A stretch of 64,000 nucleotides of DNA from Glaucostegus cemiculus (lineage: Eukaryota): NCBI GenBank assembly GCA_976551045.1, contig CDPCPM010000148.1, positions 3,100,001 through 3,164,000 on the forward strand. The letters are read 5' to 3'. Position numbers and translations under genes: made by a program. Numbering within the stretch: position 1 is the first letter of the stretch; the number at the start of each line of letters is the position of its first letter. The notes under the pieces were generated by a model. The model was not told the DNA's origin and did not search any database. It saw nothing but the letters and a program-made list of their open reading frames with translations. Below, one piece after another: positions 25,101 through 37,619 of the stretch.

Positions 25101-26659
25101 TTCTCGTTCAATCACACACAAATCACACAGATACACGAACATACACACGTGCACAAACACACGAGAATTGAAACATAGAGAAAGTGATGGAAACCACACA
25201 AAGACACATGGAAGCATTCTAACACAAGCACACACTCACTCAAACACACATTGAGATAGGCAAATCTCACATGCAAACTGACCCAGAGACGTAAACAAAT
25301 TCACTGGCAAAGACACACACACAGATACAGAGACATGCAAACATGCAGAGACACCACCAGACTCGGATATCCTCACATGCAAACACACAACAAATCGCTC
25401 AAGATTGCCACACATTGCACAGNNNNNNNNNNNNNNNNNNNNNNNNNNNNNNNNNNNNNNNNNNNNNNNNNNNNNNNNNNNNNNNNNNNNNNNNNNNNNN
25501 NNNNNNNNNNNNNNNNNNNNNNNNNNNNNNNNNNNNNNNNNNNNNNNNNNNNNNNNNNNGGACACAATCAGAAATGCAATTACGTCGGTATTGTCCTGCC
25601 AGCATTTAAGAGATCTATTCTGAACTTCCATATATTATGGGGGCGTTTTCTGAATTGCTTTCAAACCCACTGATTTCGTACTGAATGTACAGATATTGCC
25701 CAATACTACTATGTTCTTAGGATGCTATTAAACTGATTTGGTCCTGGTCGTTAGAATTTCTATAATAAAATTATACCAATTTAACAATATCAATTGTTTT
25801 TTGTTTGTCAGTATGAAGCACTGTGATTTCCAGTGTGATTCAATACAATCTATTTTGTAGCATATTCTTTTTTTTTTCCTTTGTTTCATGCATTCTGTAC
25901 TTCTTATTTGAATTTAATAAAATATTGAAAAAATACGAAAGGTTTAACCGGAAGGATGGAGATGCTGTGCGTTGCACCCAGGTCCTCATATGAGCGATGC
26001 ACCAGCCTTGTCACTGGTTTGCATCCTCACATACAGATCGGAGATCGAGATGTAAGGTCAATGGGTTACCACAGGTCGTCTTGTGGAGAACAGACATTGC
26101 AGTCTCGCCGTCTCAGACATTCAATCCCAGCATCAGCTGCAGTAGCTTTTGAACCAAACAATGGCTTAAGAGACCGGAAGGAAAGTAGTAGATAATTTCT
26201 TCATCATTGAACTCCTTTAGTTCATCAATTATTTCAGCTGCCTTTTCTCCCTCCAGTTCGATCCCCAGTGAATCATTATTGGGGATTTTGTAAGTCTGTG
26301 CTAACAGGGGATGCGGACATCCCCTGGTCGGTACTGCAACTGCGATATTGCACAAACTTACCCATCAGATATTAGTTCAGACAATATATTTTTTTAATGA
26401 CAATACAATTTATTTGCGTTAATTGAATAATCAGAAGCTCACCCTAAATTGGTCCACCTACAATTACACACAAACATCAAGTTGAGTTTTAAATGTTTCT
26501 ACATTCAACGGTGACGGGGCGGTAGAGTGGTCAGCGTGCCTGTTTCACCACCACTAAACAAAGGTTGCATGCCTGGAGGTCGTAGATTGCGAAATTTCAC
26601 CTCCTTGCATTAGAAACCGTAGAAAATGTGCTTCCTCGCCGCCTGAAAGTAGGTGTGTG

Positions 26660-26885
26660 CACGACAGCGTGCCGTTAAGCGCAACGCTTTTGCAGTGTCA
26701 GTTATCGGGGTTCAATTCACGTCGCTAACTGTCAGGAGTTTGCACATTCTCCACGTGATGGTGTTGGTTTCCTCCGGCTGCTTCTGTTTCCTCCCACTTT
26801 CCAAAGGCGCACGTTTAACCTGAGTGTAATCCGGCGTCCTGGTCTCGTTGGGCTGCAAGGGTCTGTTACCGGGCTGAATAAATGT
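26660..26885 (+). mobile_element. tRNA-derived V-SINE/HE1-like SINE
   Basis: B-box-like ggggttcaattc, core ggagtttgcacattctcc..ggtttcctccgg..tttcctcccac..ccaaag, and a CR1-like tail. Confidence 0.8.
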
Positions 26886-27379
26886 TTAAACTTTTCAGAA
26901 CATAATTTGCAACAAAATTAACATTTAATGAATAAACACGCTCCACATTGAGCATGCTTATTGGAGAATACGTCGCGATTTCATTAATGATTGTGTACCG
27001 TTATTCCGTGCATAAGGGATGGAATTCCGGCACTTCACCTTTCCCGTGAAATCAATGGAAAAATCAATGCAGTTTCTTGCGTGCGCGCTCTCTCTCTTCC
27101 GGATTCCCACAGCAAAGGAAGACACTTCTGAACATATCCAGATTATTTCTTCACTTAGATTTTTATCAGTCTGTTCACCACCCACGCTCTGTCTACTTTT
27201 AATCAGTAGAATCTCTCTGCTCACTCCCATTCCATTGCAACATGAACTTTGTCCCGATTTTCTGCACTGACGCACGGAAAGTTGTCCATCGGAGAATCGA
27301 TCGCACCATCTCCTGTATGCTTTTTTTATGTCAAGAAGCCCACCATACTTTTAACCGTATGCTTAGGTCTTTTACGCGC

Positions 27380-27382
<3 letters not shown>

Positions 27383-27424
<42 letters not shown>
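27383..27424. repeat. (TG)n microsatellite
   Basis: Direct reading. Confidence 0.97.
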
Positions 27425-27426
<2 letters not shown>

Positions 27427-27879
27427 CAAGTTTGGATTCCCTCTTCTGTCAGCCGCTATTCACCATTCCATTTCTATCTACAGCCTGGGTTTCGATTACA
27501 TTAATTCCCTGATAATTCATTCTCAATCACAACCCGTTCCCCAACCATAGTTCTGGATCACTCGCTCACTGACAACCAGGAATTGTCTCTCAATCTACTC
27601 GGTACTGTATTTCAAACGGCTTTATCAGTTCTCCTGCCAACCTGTTCTGTTCCAAGCAAAACAATCATGTCGCCTACAATCTTTCACATCACTGAAATAA
27701 TTTACCCTGGATTTATTTCAGCAGATCTATTCTGCATACCCTCTGAAGCCTTCACCGGGACTAGCACACTAATCCATCAAAGAAGAAACTGAAAATACTG
27801 GGATCTCTGGAGTGCGACGCACGGATACGAATACAACTCTCCAACAAAAACAGAAAGTGGGGAAAGTACTCGGCATGCA

Positions 27880-28335
27880 GGCAGGGAATGGCAGATGGAC
27901 TTTAACTCAGACAAATGCGAGATGTTACATTTTGTTCAGTTAAACGAGGGTAACAATGATGAGGTGTCACCTAATAAGAGGCACATACAATTATAAGCGG
28001 CGTACGTCGATAGTGTCGATAGCCATGAACACGGAAGACTAATTCTAAAGAGTATCTGTTTCAGGTAAAAGGTGGTGAATTTCAAAGCGACCCGACGGAC
28101 AATGTTGTTCATAATGAGGGTGGTGGGTATATTTTACGATCTGTCAGAGGAAGCTGCAGGGGGCAGTACAAACATAATGTTCAAAAGAAACTTGGGCAGG
28201 TACATGTAGAGAAAAGACCTCGAGGGATAAGAGCCAATAGCAGGCAAATGCGTCTGACTCGAATTGATATATTGTTCAGAATACACGTGTTCTGGCGAAA
28301 AGCCTCCTTCTGTGCTGTATAATTCTATGATTCTA
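27880..28335 (+). mobile_element. Degenerate CR1 3' fragments
   Basis: tggcagatggactttaactcagacaaatgcgag encodes WQMDFN.DKCE; tail ends ctgtgctgtataattctatgattctat. Confidence 0.65.
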
Positions 28336-30373
28336 TAAATTGCCATGGAATCTATTCCAAGTTATCGATTTCGTTATGTTCTTTCGGTGAGCGTTACTGC
28401 GAAGTGTGAGAGTACCTTAATGTATCTTCCCCTAAATTGGCGCGTATTGGAATACATTGAATGCTTCCGTGAATGTAGGATTCATTTGCCCTCTGGGAAC
28501 CTCAGGAAAGTCTCAATCGATTTAACACATTTTTGGAAGACATTGTTTATAAAGAAGGGAAGTAGAATCATGTAGTCAAAGGAGGAAGGATTAAAATGCG
28601 TCAGTTCGAATCTACCGTGAGAGCAGATTTTAGGATTTAAAAGAAAAACAAACCTGCGAAGACTGTGGATGCAGTTCGCGACATGAAAACAGAATTTGGT
28701 TGGAAAGCTGTCCGATTTAAACGGGTGGCTAAGGCTCAGACTGTGTAAGAGTAGGTGTTGGAGTCAAACATTGCTCGATGGAAATCACTTACGTGCCGTT
28801 ATGTTCCCAAGAAATTTTGGTTGGGGTTAGTCAGTGATTATCAAATAGTTAAAAAGGCCACAGACGACTATATGATTAGCCGAGCAGAAGTGCATACGCA
28901 GCTTTGGGAATAAACAGAATAAGAACATACAGAGGAAGGTATCGTTCAAATAGAGATGCAAAGAATGCTCGGAATGCTGTGGAGACACTATCTCCATAGT
29001 GTTTAATGTATTTGGTCTCATTTCTCCACTGCTATATTCCCTAGTACTACCTGTACGGCGCTAATCTGTAAGTGATGGCTGGTGAAAGCATGAGATCTCC
29101 CGTATTTCCAGGACTGATCAGTGCTGATAACAGAAAAAGACACTGTTCCTGGCGAGTTTACATCAATGAAAGCCGATAACACAAGGTTGGATAAAACACT
29201 TCCATATAACAGAATACAGAACACATTTTGGATCAATAAGGAATTGTAAGATGAGTGGTCACGTTGAACAAATGAGCCATGATATGGAATGTTAGAGAAT
29301 CAATGAAAAGAAGTCGACCATCAGGGGTAATCACACGGAGAATGAACGTAGCAGTTTCACAGAGAATGTAAACCGTGTGTGCAGTACAAACAAAATTTGT
29401 CATCAATTGATGCCTGCGTTTTGTGTGCACGCAGTTGATAACGTATTTTAAACATGTTGCTGCGTGACACAATAAAGTCATGAAAATTGTTCAAAAAGCA
29501 ATCACGAAGAAGGTCATTAGCATAATGACACGAGAGAAGATTGTTGTATTAACTGGAATGATTTACTCGAAAACAAGATGACACGGCGCAATTAACGATT
29601 AAATACCAGCCTAGGAAATATTTGGAAAAGTAATGCAGGTTGGTCATTTTTTAAAAGTAAGGCCAACATCAAGGCTGGTAGATGCGAAGTGAGTTGGTGA
29701 AATGGACTATTTCAACACTGTGAAGTACTGTTCTCAGTCTGTGAACACATGGCAGCCAGCTGCCAGACAACTGACTGTGCGAAGCATCACTGGCGGTTCT
29801 TAGATTGCTTGATGTTTGATGATGTCATACGATGTACAGGTGAATAGGCAAAACTGCTATTTTAGATGATATCCGCCCGTGGTTGTCACTTCCAGCACTA
29901 AACTAATTTGAAAAACAAGACGGCGGCTTCGCTACCCTTCATATGAATGATGATCCCTCATTTCACCTGCAGCATGGAACTCACTTCATCCTACCTCCAT
30001 GTAATACCATCAAAGTTAACATTGATCAGTTATTGAATGAGATGACGCATACTTATAAAAACTAACGAAGCAATGGGCAAAACATGCTTGTTTAAACGGT
30101 TCAAACTCCATGACACAGATTAGAACATGCATCATTCTCCACTGTAACTCGTTCCAAACAACCTTCCATTAAATTCTTTGTAATATTCCGGGATGAGTTC
30201 AAAAACTTACCGTATGTCACAATGAGTAAAAATAGATCGCACGAAGTGTTTGTTCAGTGGCTTGAGTAAAATCTGCCTGAAGAGGAAACAAATTGGCGAA
30301 ACAGTGTTCCCCAAAACACAGCGTGTGGGCAGTTGAGACTTTTTATCCAAACAATCGCTGCTCCAGGTACAAA

Positions 30374-30443
30374 ATGAAATATCCAGCAATTTTCCACATC
30401 GCTATAATTTACTATCCTTTACTTGCAGCAGTCGGGATCCCCG
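30374..30443 (+). pseudogene. Exon 1 of GPCR pseudogene copy C
   Basis: MKYPAIFHIAIIYYPLLAAVGIP + G|GTAAG, 70 nt. Confidence 0.88.
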
Positions 30444-32475
30444 GTAAGGTTCTGGTGCTGACTGATATTTATATGGCTCGTTCCAACGTGTCACCTTGCG
30501 GCATTTTAGGTCAGGCTTGTCTTTCTGCCCAGATGCCAGACCCTGTTGTTTTAGATATGGGATTTGCAAAGAAAATTGTTATTTCGTTATAAAATGCAGT
30601 TTATGTTGTGAAATAGTGTATTTCTGTTTGGCAATCTGACCGATGTTTTCAATACATTTACATATACTTGTATCTGACCAAACTAAGCATGTAATGCAAA
30701 TTGATTGTTTTGTTATTAACGCTGCCGAATACCAGAAATATTTAAGTAAGCTTATAAAGTGCACAGTCAATAAGCTTCCGCGCCAATGTAACTTCCTTTC
30801 AAAGTCAGTCAGGGCTCGCCGGCGCTGCGATGTGTGGTTTTCCATTTGACACTTAGTTACTGCTGAGTCTGTGCTGGCCTCGGGCATTCCTGCGCAATTG
30901 TGCTCACAATACCGTGAAGGACCCAAGAGAAAGCAGGAAGACCATTCCTGGGAGCACTCATTTCAGCGCAGGACTGTCGCCAGATTTATTTTCCTGTCGT
31001 TCAAAATAACTGGAGTTCTTTCTCTGCTGACATACCAAACAGAGGGATCTATAGTTGTACTGTCTTTACGCAAGATTGTGCCTTTTAATTGCCGGGGGGG
31101 GGGGGGGAATAAACAATGACCGAAACTCTTTTTCTGGCAGAATAGACGAAATGCATGTTGAGTAAAAATCACATGGTAATATTATTTCACCACCCTTTCG
31201 AAATCCATTAAATTACTGTGCCTACCAAAGTTATCGTCATTCTGAAGTACCTCCATTTGGAACGTTTCCTATTTGATAGCCTGTACAGTGCCATTTGACG
31301 TCCAATAAACAAAAATGGTCTGCTTTCTTGTCTCCTGATCGAGAGTTAATTTGCTTCTTTGTTTTAGAAAATGCGTAGTTCTGCCTCTCAGATATTTATA
31401 TAGGCTTCTCCAAACAAGAACAGTTTTGAATTCTAAGCAGCGATTTCAGCCTCTTCCCTACCACAGATTCTTTGCGTTTTAGCACGACCTTTAGCGCTTT
31501 TTCCGGCGGAGAGAGGGAGTAAAAAATGTATTCCTTTATTTTCATCACTCAGTTCATTTGGTGCTTCTTTTTTTCAGTGTCCACTTTCTCCATATAACTA
31601 AATGATTACGTAGTGTATCGACTTTTCTGGTCGTGTGTTGCTTATGATTTCTGACAGATTTTCTACGAAAGAGCTCATTCCCATTACAGTTTCACTGATC
31701 ATGTCTGTCCCGGCACCCTCTGTTCTTTTACGTCCTGCTAGATGCCCTATCGCACGATTGATGTGTACTGCCCTGTAGGTCCCCACGTCCTGGAGGCGGA
31801 AGAATCTCTGTTTCGCGAAGCGGAGCAGTCAAAGAGTGGCGGCTCACTTTCACAGAATGATGTGACTCCCTCGCTCAAACATCCTTGAGAGTCGTTTGAC
31901 ATCTCATGAGATCGGAATGTTTTCCTCCGTCGTCTCCCAATATTTCCCCGAATCAGATGCAATACCTGCAAGATGTTTTACAGATGCAGTTATCAAATAT
32001 ACTCATTTATAAAGGGGTCCAACAGAGGTCAGTTCAGTTAAAGCAGGAAAATAATGTCTAATGATGTGAAATTAATACAAATCATTCCACTGAATGTGTC
32101 GTTGCTCGCAAGTTCTTAACATAATTAAAAATATAAGCCTTGCGCTGGATGCATTCACCCTTGTATCAGGACGAATGTTCTCAGCATGCCAGAACCACCT
32201 GCGGGTGCTCTGCTCCTTCCTCAGCCTGCACATTGCCTTCCTGTCGGTTGAATTCAGAGCATAAAACTAGCCTAATCTCAGTTGTACGCTCCTAGTGCCG
32301 TGTCAGTCTGTTCCGCCACACGCATCTCATCTCGCCAGCGCAAGAGGACTGGTGCCCTGTCGGCGGCTTCAGGCAGTGTCCCAATCCGGAATATTATTTT
32401 TACTCTGCAAATGAAGTCACACTGGCCATTATCGCTCTGTTGGGAAGTAACAGCATATTTTATCATTTCTTTCAG

Positions 32476-33348
32476 TTAATTTAACGGCGATTGTGATCCT
32501 GTCCCGCGGAAAATGTGGTCCCTCCAAATACATCAGCCCCTACCTGTTGGACATGGCGGCAGCAGATCTGATGGTGGTTGTCGACGCTGTTATAATGATG
32601 CAAATTAATTACATTTATTTGTTTTCTAATTTGTTCATAACTCCGGTGTGTTCTCTGGTACTTGTCCCATGCGTTGCGACCTCAGACTGTTCAGTTTGTT
32701 TCACGGTTGCTTTCACTTTCGATCTCTACATCGCCATCTGCTGGCAGAGGCTGCGAAAACGATATTTCACCAAGAGAACAGCGACTGTGGTGGGTCAGAG
32801 TCAGTGGGTGAAGCCTGCTGTGTCAAAGCTTTTCCAGTTTACTTTGCAATGGATCCAAGGCTGTGCGTCGTTACAACTAAATACTTAACGTCACCCTTGT
32901 GGAGAGCATATCAGTTATGTGACGGTATCCTGACTCCTGTCATACTGATCTGTTTAATGTTGCTGTTTAATTCATGAACTGTCAGTCAATTTTAGAGGCA
33001 AATAAAGTCCGCCGGGGACTCCTGAACAGCAGTGAGGGTCAGAAGGATCTAGAAGTTGAGAACTGGAGGAAGTCAATTATTTTATTATTCGCTATATCAG
33101 CCAATTTTATTTTACTATGGACACACAGTGTTTTACATTTTACGAATTGGCAAGTGGAAAACTATACCTACACAGACAGATACTGCAGCCCGCCGAGATA
33201 TATCCTGCAACAAGTTGGCTTTATGCTGGAGTTTCTCAGTACCTGCACCAATACGTGTCTCTATGGACTGACACAAAGAAAATTTAGGGAGGAGCTGAAC
33301 AAGGGAATGAAATGTCCGTTAAACTTAAATGGGTGGCTCTGCAAATAA
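32476..33348 (+). pseudogene. Exon 2 of GPR139-like GPCR pseudogene copy C
   Basis: Acceptor catttctttcag|TT AAT. Homology is split over ORFs 32493..32888, 32648..32977 and 32974..33348: frameshift near 32790, in-frame TGA at 32975-32977, second frameshift near 32987. DRF is changed to DLY and ECL2 is shortened. Confidence 0.9.
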
Positions 33349-35186
33349 AATGCAAACCATAGTCGTTGATCTTTAACACAATTATTCGGAAAGTTTCTTT
33401 TTAAATAATGTGACTTATAAGGCTGGTTGCTGGAGCCCAATGTATTAATACGGCAGATTGATTCAGAAGATTAGGCAACAGACATATTATTATGTTGAAT
33501 GCAAGATTGTTGGCCTGTAGATCACGACAATAAAGTCCACTGTGGCTGATGAAATAATAACTCAAGAGCGAGAACTTTAACGGGCATATGTCGGATTTCC
33601 ATATCGTGAAGACAAACGTTGACAAATGCTTTCTGAGTCCGGATAAAAATCACAACTGCTTCACCAAAAAGTAAATCCCTTTCTAATCCGATAATTACCT
33701 CTTTTCAGTGTCTGTTTTCGTGCTTCGTTTGTTGGTATGTTTTATTATTTCTGATTTCCAGCACTTGATGTCAACCGGGCAATAATTTTGTCGAGTTAAC
33801 AGTTGCTCTGGTGCTCACTGCAACATGTCTGTGGTTGGTAGACGCATCAGCAACAGGGAAGTAACAAATGTTGAACACACTTCCCTGTGAGGGATATGAG
33901 GTCATCAGCTGAGGCTCGCCCATTGTACCTCGGGTCAGCTGATGCATTTGATGACCTCGACGGCAGGACAGTCGTTTGCTATTTTCTTTGGTCATGAGAG
34001 ACGGTGAGCATGCTTTGCGCTGATTGTCTACAAAAGCTATAAGTCCATTGAACATTTTTCTGAACTTACCGCACCCCTCATTTAGTAGCTTATATTAAAG
34101 GGGAAGTTCTGTGGCCAAGTGAACCAGGGAACGTCTTCGGTGGAGCTTATGTCAATAAAGTCAATTGTTCGCAAACGGAATGAATTTGAACCACAAAGTG
34201 ATCCTCCTGCTTTCTCTGTATTTGTCCAGAAGGCAGGCACGCTCCGTAGAATGGGATTGTTGCATGTTGTGGACGAGAGAAGGATCTCTCTAACTAGTTT
34301 TGAACAGAGGAAACATATGTTCTATTTAGTCCAAAGCTGCACAAGAGGGAAGTCATGTAAAAGGAAGTACTTGTCATGCAATTGAGGTTGTTTGATCTCT
34401 GTACAAAGGGGATATATTTCAATTCACTCAGAGACATTTGGACTGGAAATTCGAATGGCTTCACGGATTATAACTGAGAAACTGCAACAATACTTGTTGT
34501 CACGACGGCTTCGTTAAAAGCAGTCGGGAGGATAGAGCATCGTTTTCTGTACATTGGGAAGTGTTGATCCCTTGCATTGTTCGAGCAGGTGTTACTTTCA
34601 AACCGTGGTCGTGGCCGAGTGCTGTAGTAGTACATTGAAGACTATTCTGCGCCTTTGCCAGGAGCAAGAAAAGGGATGGGATAACTCGGTTTACTCCGAC
34701 AGTGTAAACTGTGGCTAATTCTTTATTAAAACAATTTTCATCAACTGAGTGTTTGGATGAGAAACAAAATGCAATGAACCAGCCTTTTGCAATAGGAATT
34801 GATTTTCAATCTCCCACATGGGACGGTTAAATAACAGGCCGGCGGTTTCAGATCCTGTACGCACACCGAGCCCTGCCCTTCACTTCCTCAGAAGGAGACC
34901 GTTACTCATTCTCAGGGATAATTTATCTCAACAGCTGGAGTTTCACCTCACCCCGTGCCGTTGCCCTCCGCGCCAAGATCCTGAAAATGCAAATACAAAA
35001 AGCAGAAATGAGGTGTGAGACAGAGCAGGAAATACTGAATGCGATTTATCTCTGTCACACGTCACTGACCCGCTCTCTGTGGCTCGGAGAATTATTGGGT
35101 TTGTATTTACTGTACGATTCAGTTCACAACTCTAGTCCATCTTCACTCAGAATCCCATCGCAGTTGAAAAGAAAGTTTCACCAGGG

Positions 35187-35258
35187 TGGATATGCCGATG
35201 ATTGAACCCGTGGCCTCATACATTCAATGCCTGCGCTCTCCCACTGGGCTAGTTTCCA
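35187..35258 (-). pseudogene. Decayed tRNA-Ala gene
   Basis: Plus strand tggatatgccgatgattgaacccgtggcctcatacattcaatgcctgcgctctcccactgggctagtttcca matches the reverse complement of vertebrate tRNA-Ala(TGC) over 72 nt at roughly 80% (recalled sequence). Anticodon now reads TGA; a TTTCTTTT terminator-like run follows. Confidence 0.8.
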
Positions 35259-36024
35259 GTCATAATGCAGGAGTTTTTTAACAGTGTTAACTCCTGTGTC
35301 TCTCCCGCCGAGCACCAGGCAAAGACATGAAAAGATAGGGAATCGGAGCTGGAATCGGTCATTGAAGCCTGCACCGCGGTATACTACTATCATGGCTGGT
35401 CCTGTGAGTTCCGATTTCTATTCGCCAGCTCTCCTCATGCTTTTGATGCCTCGTGTGTCTGGAAATCTACCTGTACATTTGAGTGTTTGGAGAAGAACCT
35501 ACGTGAGTCAGAGAAGTGACCGGTGCTATCCCACAGCTCACAGTCACGACAGAACTGCATGTTTATTGCCAAACGTAAGATTGTATTTCTGTTGTGGAAT
35601 TAAAAATGGTTTGTGTGAATTTATAGCATTGAGGCAGGGACGAATGGAGGAAATACTTCCCTCAAACTTAAAGCTGCATATCAGTCCCGACTGAAAACAG
35701 GAAACGGAAAATGGTGGAAGCACTCATCCGTGGTGAGAGGATTACAGTAAATATTTCATTTGCGTGTTCTCTAATCACTCCTAACCTGAATGAATAGACA
35801 CCATTACAAATGAAAATACAGCATTTGACCAGACAAATCTGGAAGCCGAACAATCCACAAGGGATAATTTCTACAATGTGACTTTATGTATCATGCTGAG
35901 TAGGTGAATGGGAGGTGCAACATCCGCTTCCCCGTCCTTACGAATTATCAAGGATGGCTCCCAGTGTGTTGGCGGCCTGCCGCCACGTGTTCTGAGGGGA
36001 TGGACCCTGAGTAACAGCGTCCTA

Positions 36025-36040
36025 CCGCCAGAGGGCACTG
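36025..36040 (+). promoter_or_regulatory. Candidate CTCF-binding motif
   Basis: CCGCCAGAGGGCACTG fits the CTCF core consensus; a second weaker match lies on the minus strand at about 37092-37106. Confidence 0.4.
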
Positions 36041-36301
36041 ACGGCTGTGCGCTGTGTAACAGTTGCACAACACTTAATGCGTGCATTGGTTAGATGAAAC
36101 AGGGGTGAACTAAATGAGTATCAATTGACACAATGTCAGCATTAATGTACTGATTTGGTTGCGAAATGAATGTAAATCAAGATATGTGAGGACATCCTTT
36201 TGTTTCCTGCAGATATAATTTTAGTGAATAAAGCATGTCTTTGAAATGAAGTCAGGGCGTTCCGTCCTCCGGAGAGCGCAACTTTGCTGACCGACCGTCA
36301 G

Positions 36302-36375
36302 TACCCCTGAGTCGACTCGAACCACCCACCTTTCAGTTAGCAGCCGCATATGCTGACTGACTACTACACTGAAAC
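36302..36375 (-). pseudogene. Decayed tRNA-Asn gene
   Basis: ccctgagtcgactcgaaccacccacctttcagttagcagccgc... is colinear over 74 nt with the reverse complement of tRNA-Asn(GTT). The B box GGTTCGAGT is kept; many stem mutations. Confidence 0.75.
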
Positions 36376-37429
36376 TCTCTGAAGTAAATAGGAATAAATG
36401 GGTCATTTTTGGGATGGTGGTGAGCAGGGATCGGTGATGCGACTTTGATTTTCGCAATGACTTTGATAGGTGAGCGACGCGAGTTAGTGTAAAATATACA
36501 CAGCCATGTTGATAATACAAACTTAGGTACCAGTGTGTGGTGTGGAATATACTTTGAGTGCATTTTAGATCTAGCTCTATTGTTTCTGAGTTCTGAGTAT
36601 CCTGGGTGTTCTTGTACCCAAAACACTGAAAATTACATGAAGGGTCAGTGAGCAACTGGGAAGACAAACGGTATGCCAGCGTTTATTGCAAGAGGGTTTG
36701 CACACCGCAGAAGCAGGTGTCACTGGAATTATCCAGGGCCCTGGTGAGACATCACCTGAAATATCCCAATATTCCAATCAGGGACAGCAGTGGGTCACGT
36801 GACCCTTCGAGCCCTCCACATCAATCAAGAGCACGGCTGATCTGATTGTATCCTTAACTGCACATCCCCGTTTCCCGCGCTGAACTTTAACCCCTTGCTA
36901 ATTAACCATTTACCCACCACTGCCTTCAAAGACACAGAAACTTTGCTTCCACCGCCCTTTCAGGAAGGGAGTTCCAAAGAACCTCCTGTATACGGGCCCA
37001 GCCCCCGAGTTGAGGAAGGATACACCTGTGACCAAGGGCGAGAAAAAAGGCTCACCGGGTTTGTCCTGTGAGGAGAGGTTGAGCAGCGAGGGCCGCCCTC
37101 TGGTGTTCAACGGGTGAGACGTCATCTCGTTGCTTCTCACACACTCTGGAGCAAGAGGAGTATGGAATGGAGTCAGTGATGCATATTTACCATTCAGTAA
37201 GGAAGCCGTTCGACGCATCGGGTACATATCGGTGTTCGAGGAAGAGCTGACTTTCTGAATTAACTCCGGGCGAATTTCCAAGCGAACGTCCGTTGTTTAG
37301 AACCGAAGCTCTGAACCACGGCAGAAGCAGTTTTATTTTCCCGCTGTTATTTTCAGTCTGGCAACCGCGCAATCAACAGTCTCTCGAAAGTCACCCACAC
37401 ATGGGTTACTGCGGCAGACTGGCTGGTCC

Positions 37430-37510
37430 CGCAGTCGGCAGGATTCGAACATGCGCGAGGATATCCAATGGTTTTCTCGTCCATCGCCTGAACCAATCCA
37501 CCTCGACGAA
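37430..37510 (-). pseudogene. Decayed tRNA-Ser(AGA) gene
   Basis: cgcagtcggcaggattcgaacatgcgcgaggatatccaatggttttctcgtccatcgcctgaacca matches the reverse complement of tRNA-Ser(AGA), including the variable arm. Anticodon AGA is kept; acceptor and D stems are damaged. Confidence 0.85.
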
Positions 37511-37619
37511 TGCGCTCCCCGCGGTTCGGCATGCAAAGGGGCATCTCCCTTGTGATACGGTCACTGTGTCCCAGGACGAATCGTGACAGCACCGATCCTG
37601 GAATCAGAGAGCAGGACTG

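Noticed and set aside
23858-25673. Long ORFs with LSIY, ER or X runs
   Set aside because: They are artefacts of microsatellites and assembly gaps.
28595-28625. Isolated B-box-like GTTCGAATC as another tRNA
   Set aside because: No recognisable A box or cloverleaf surrounds it.
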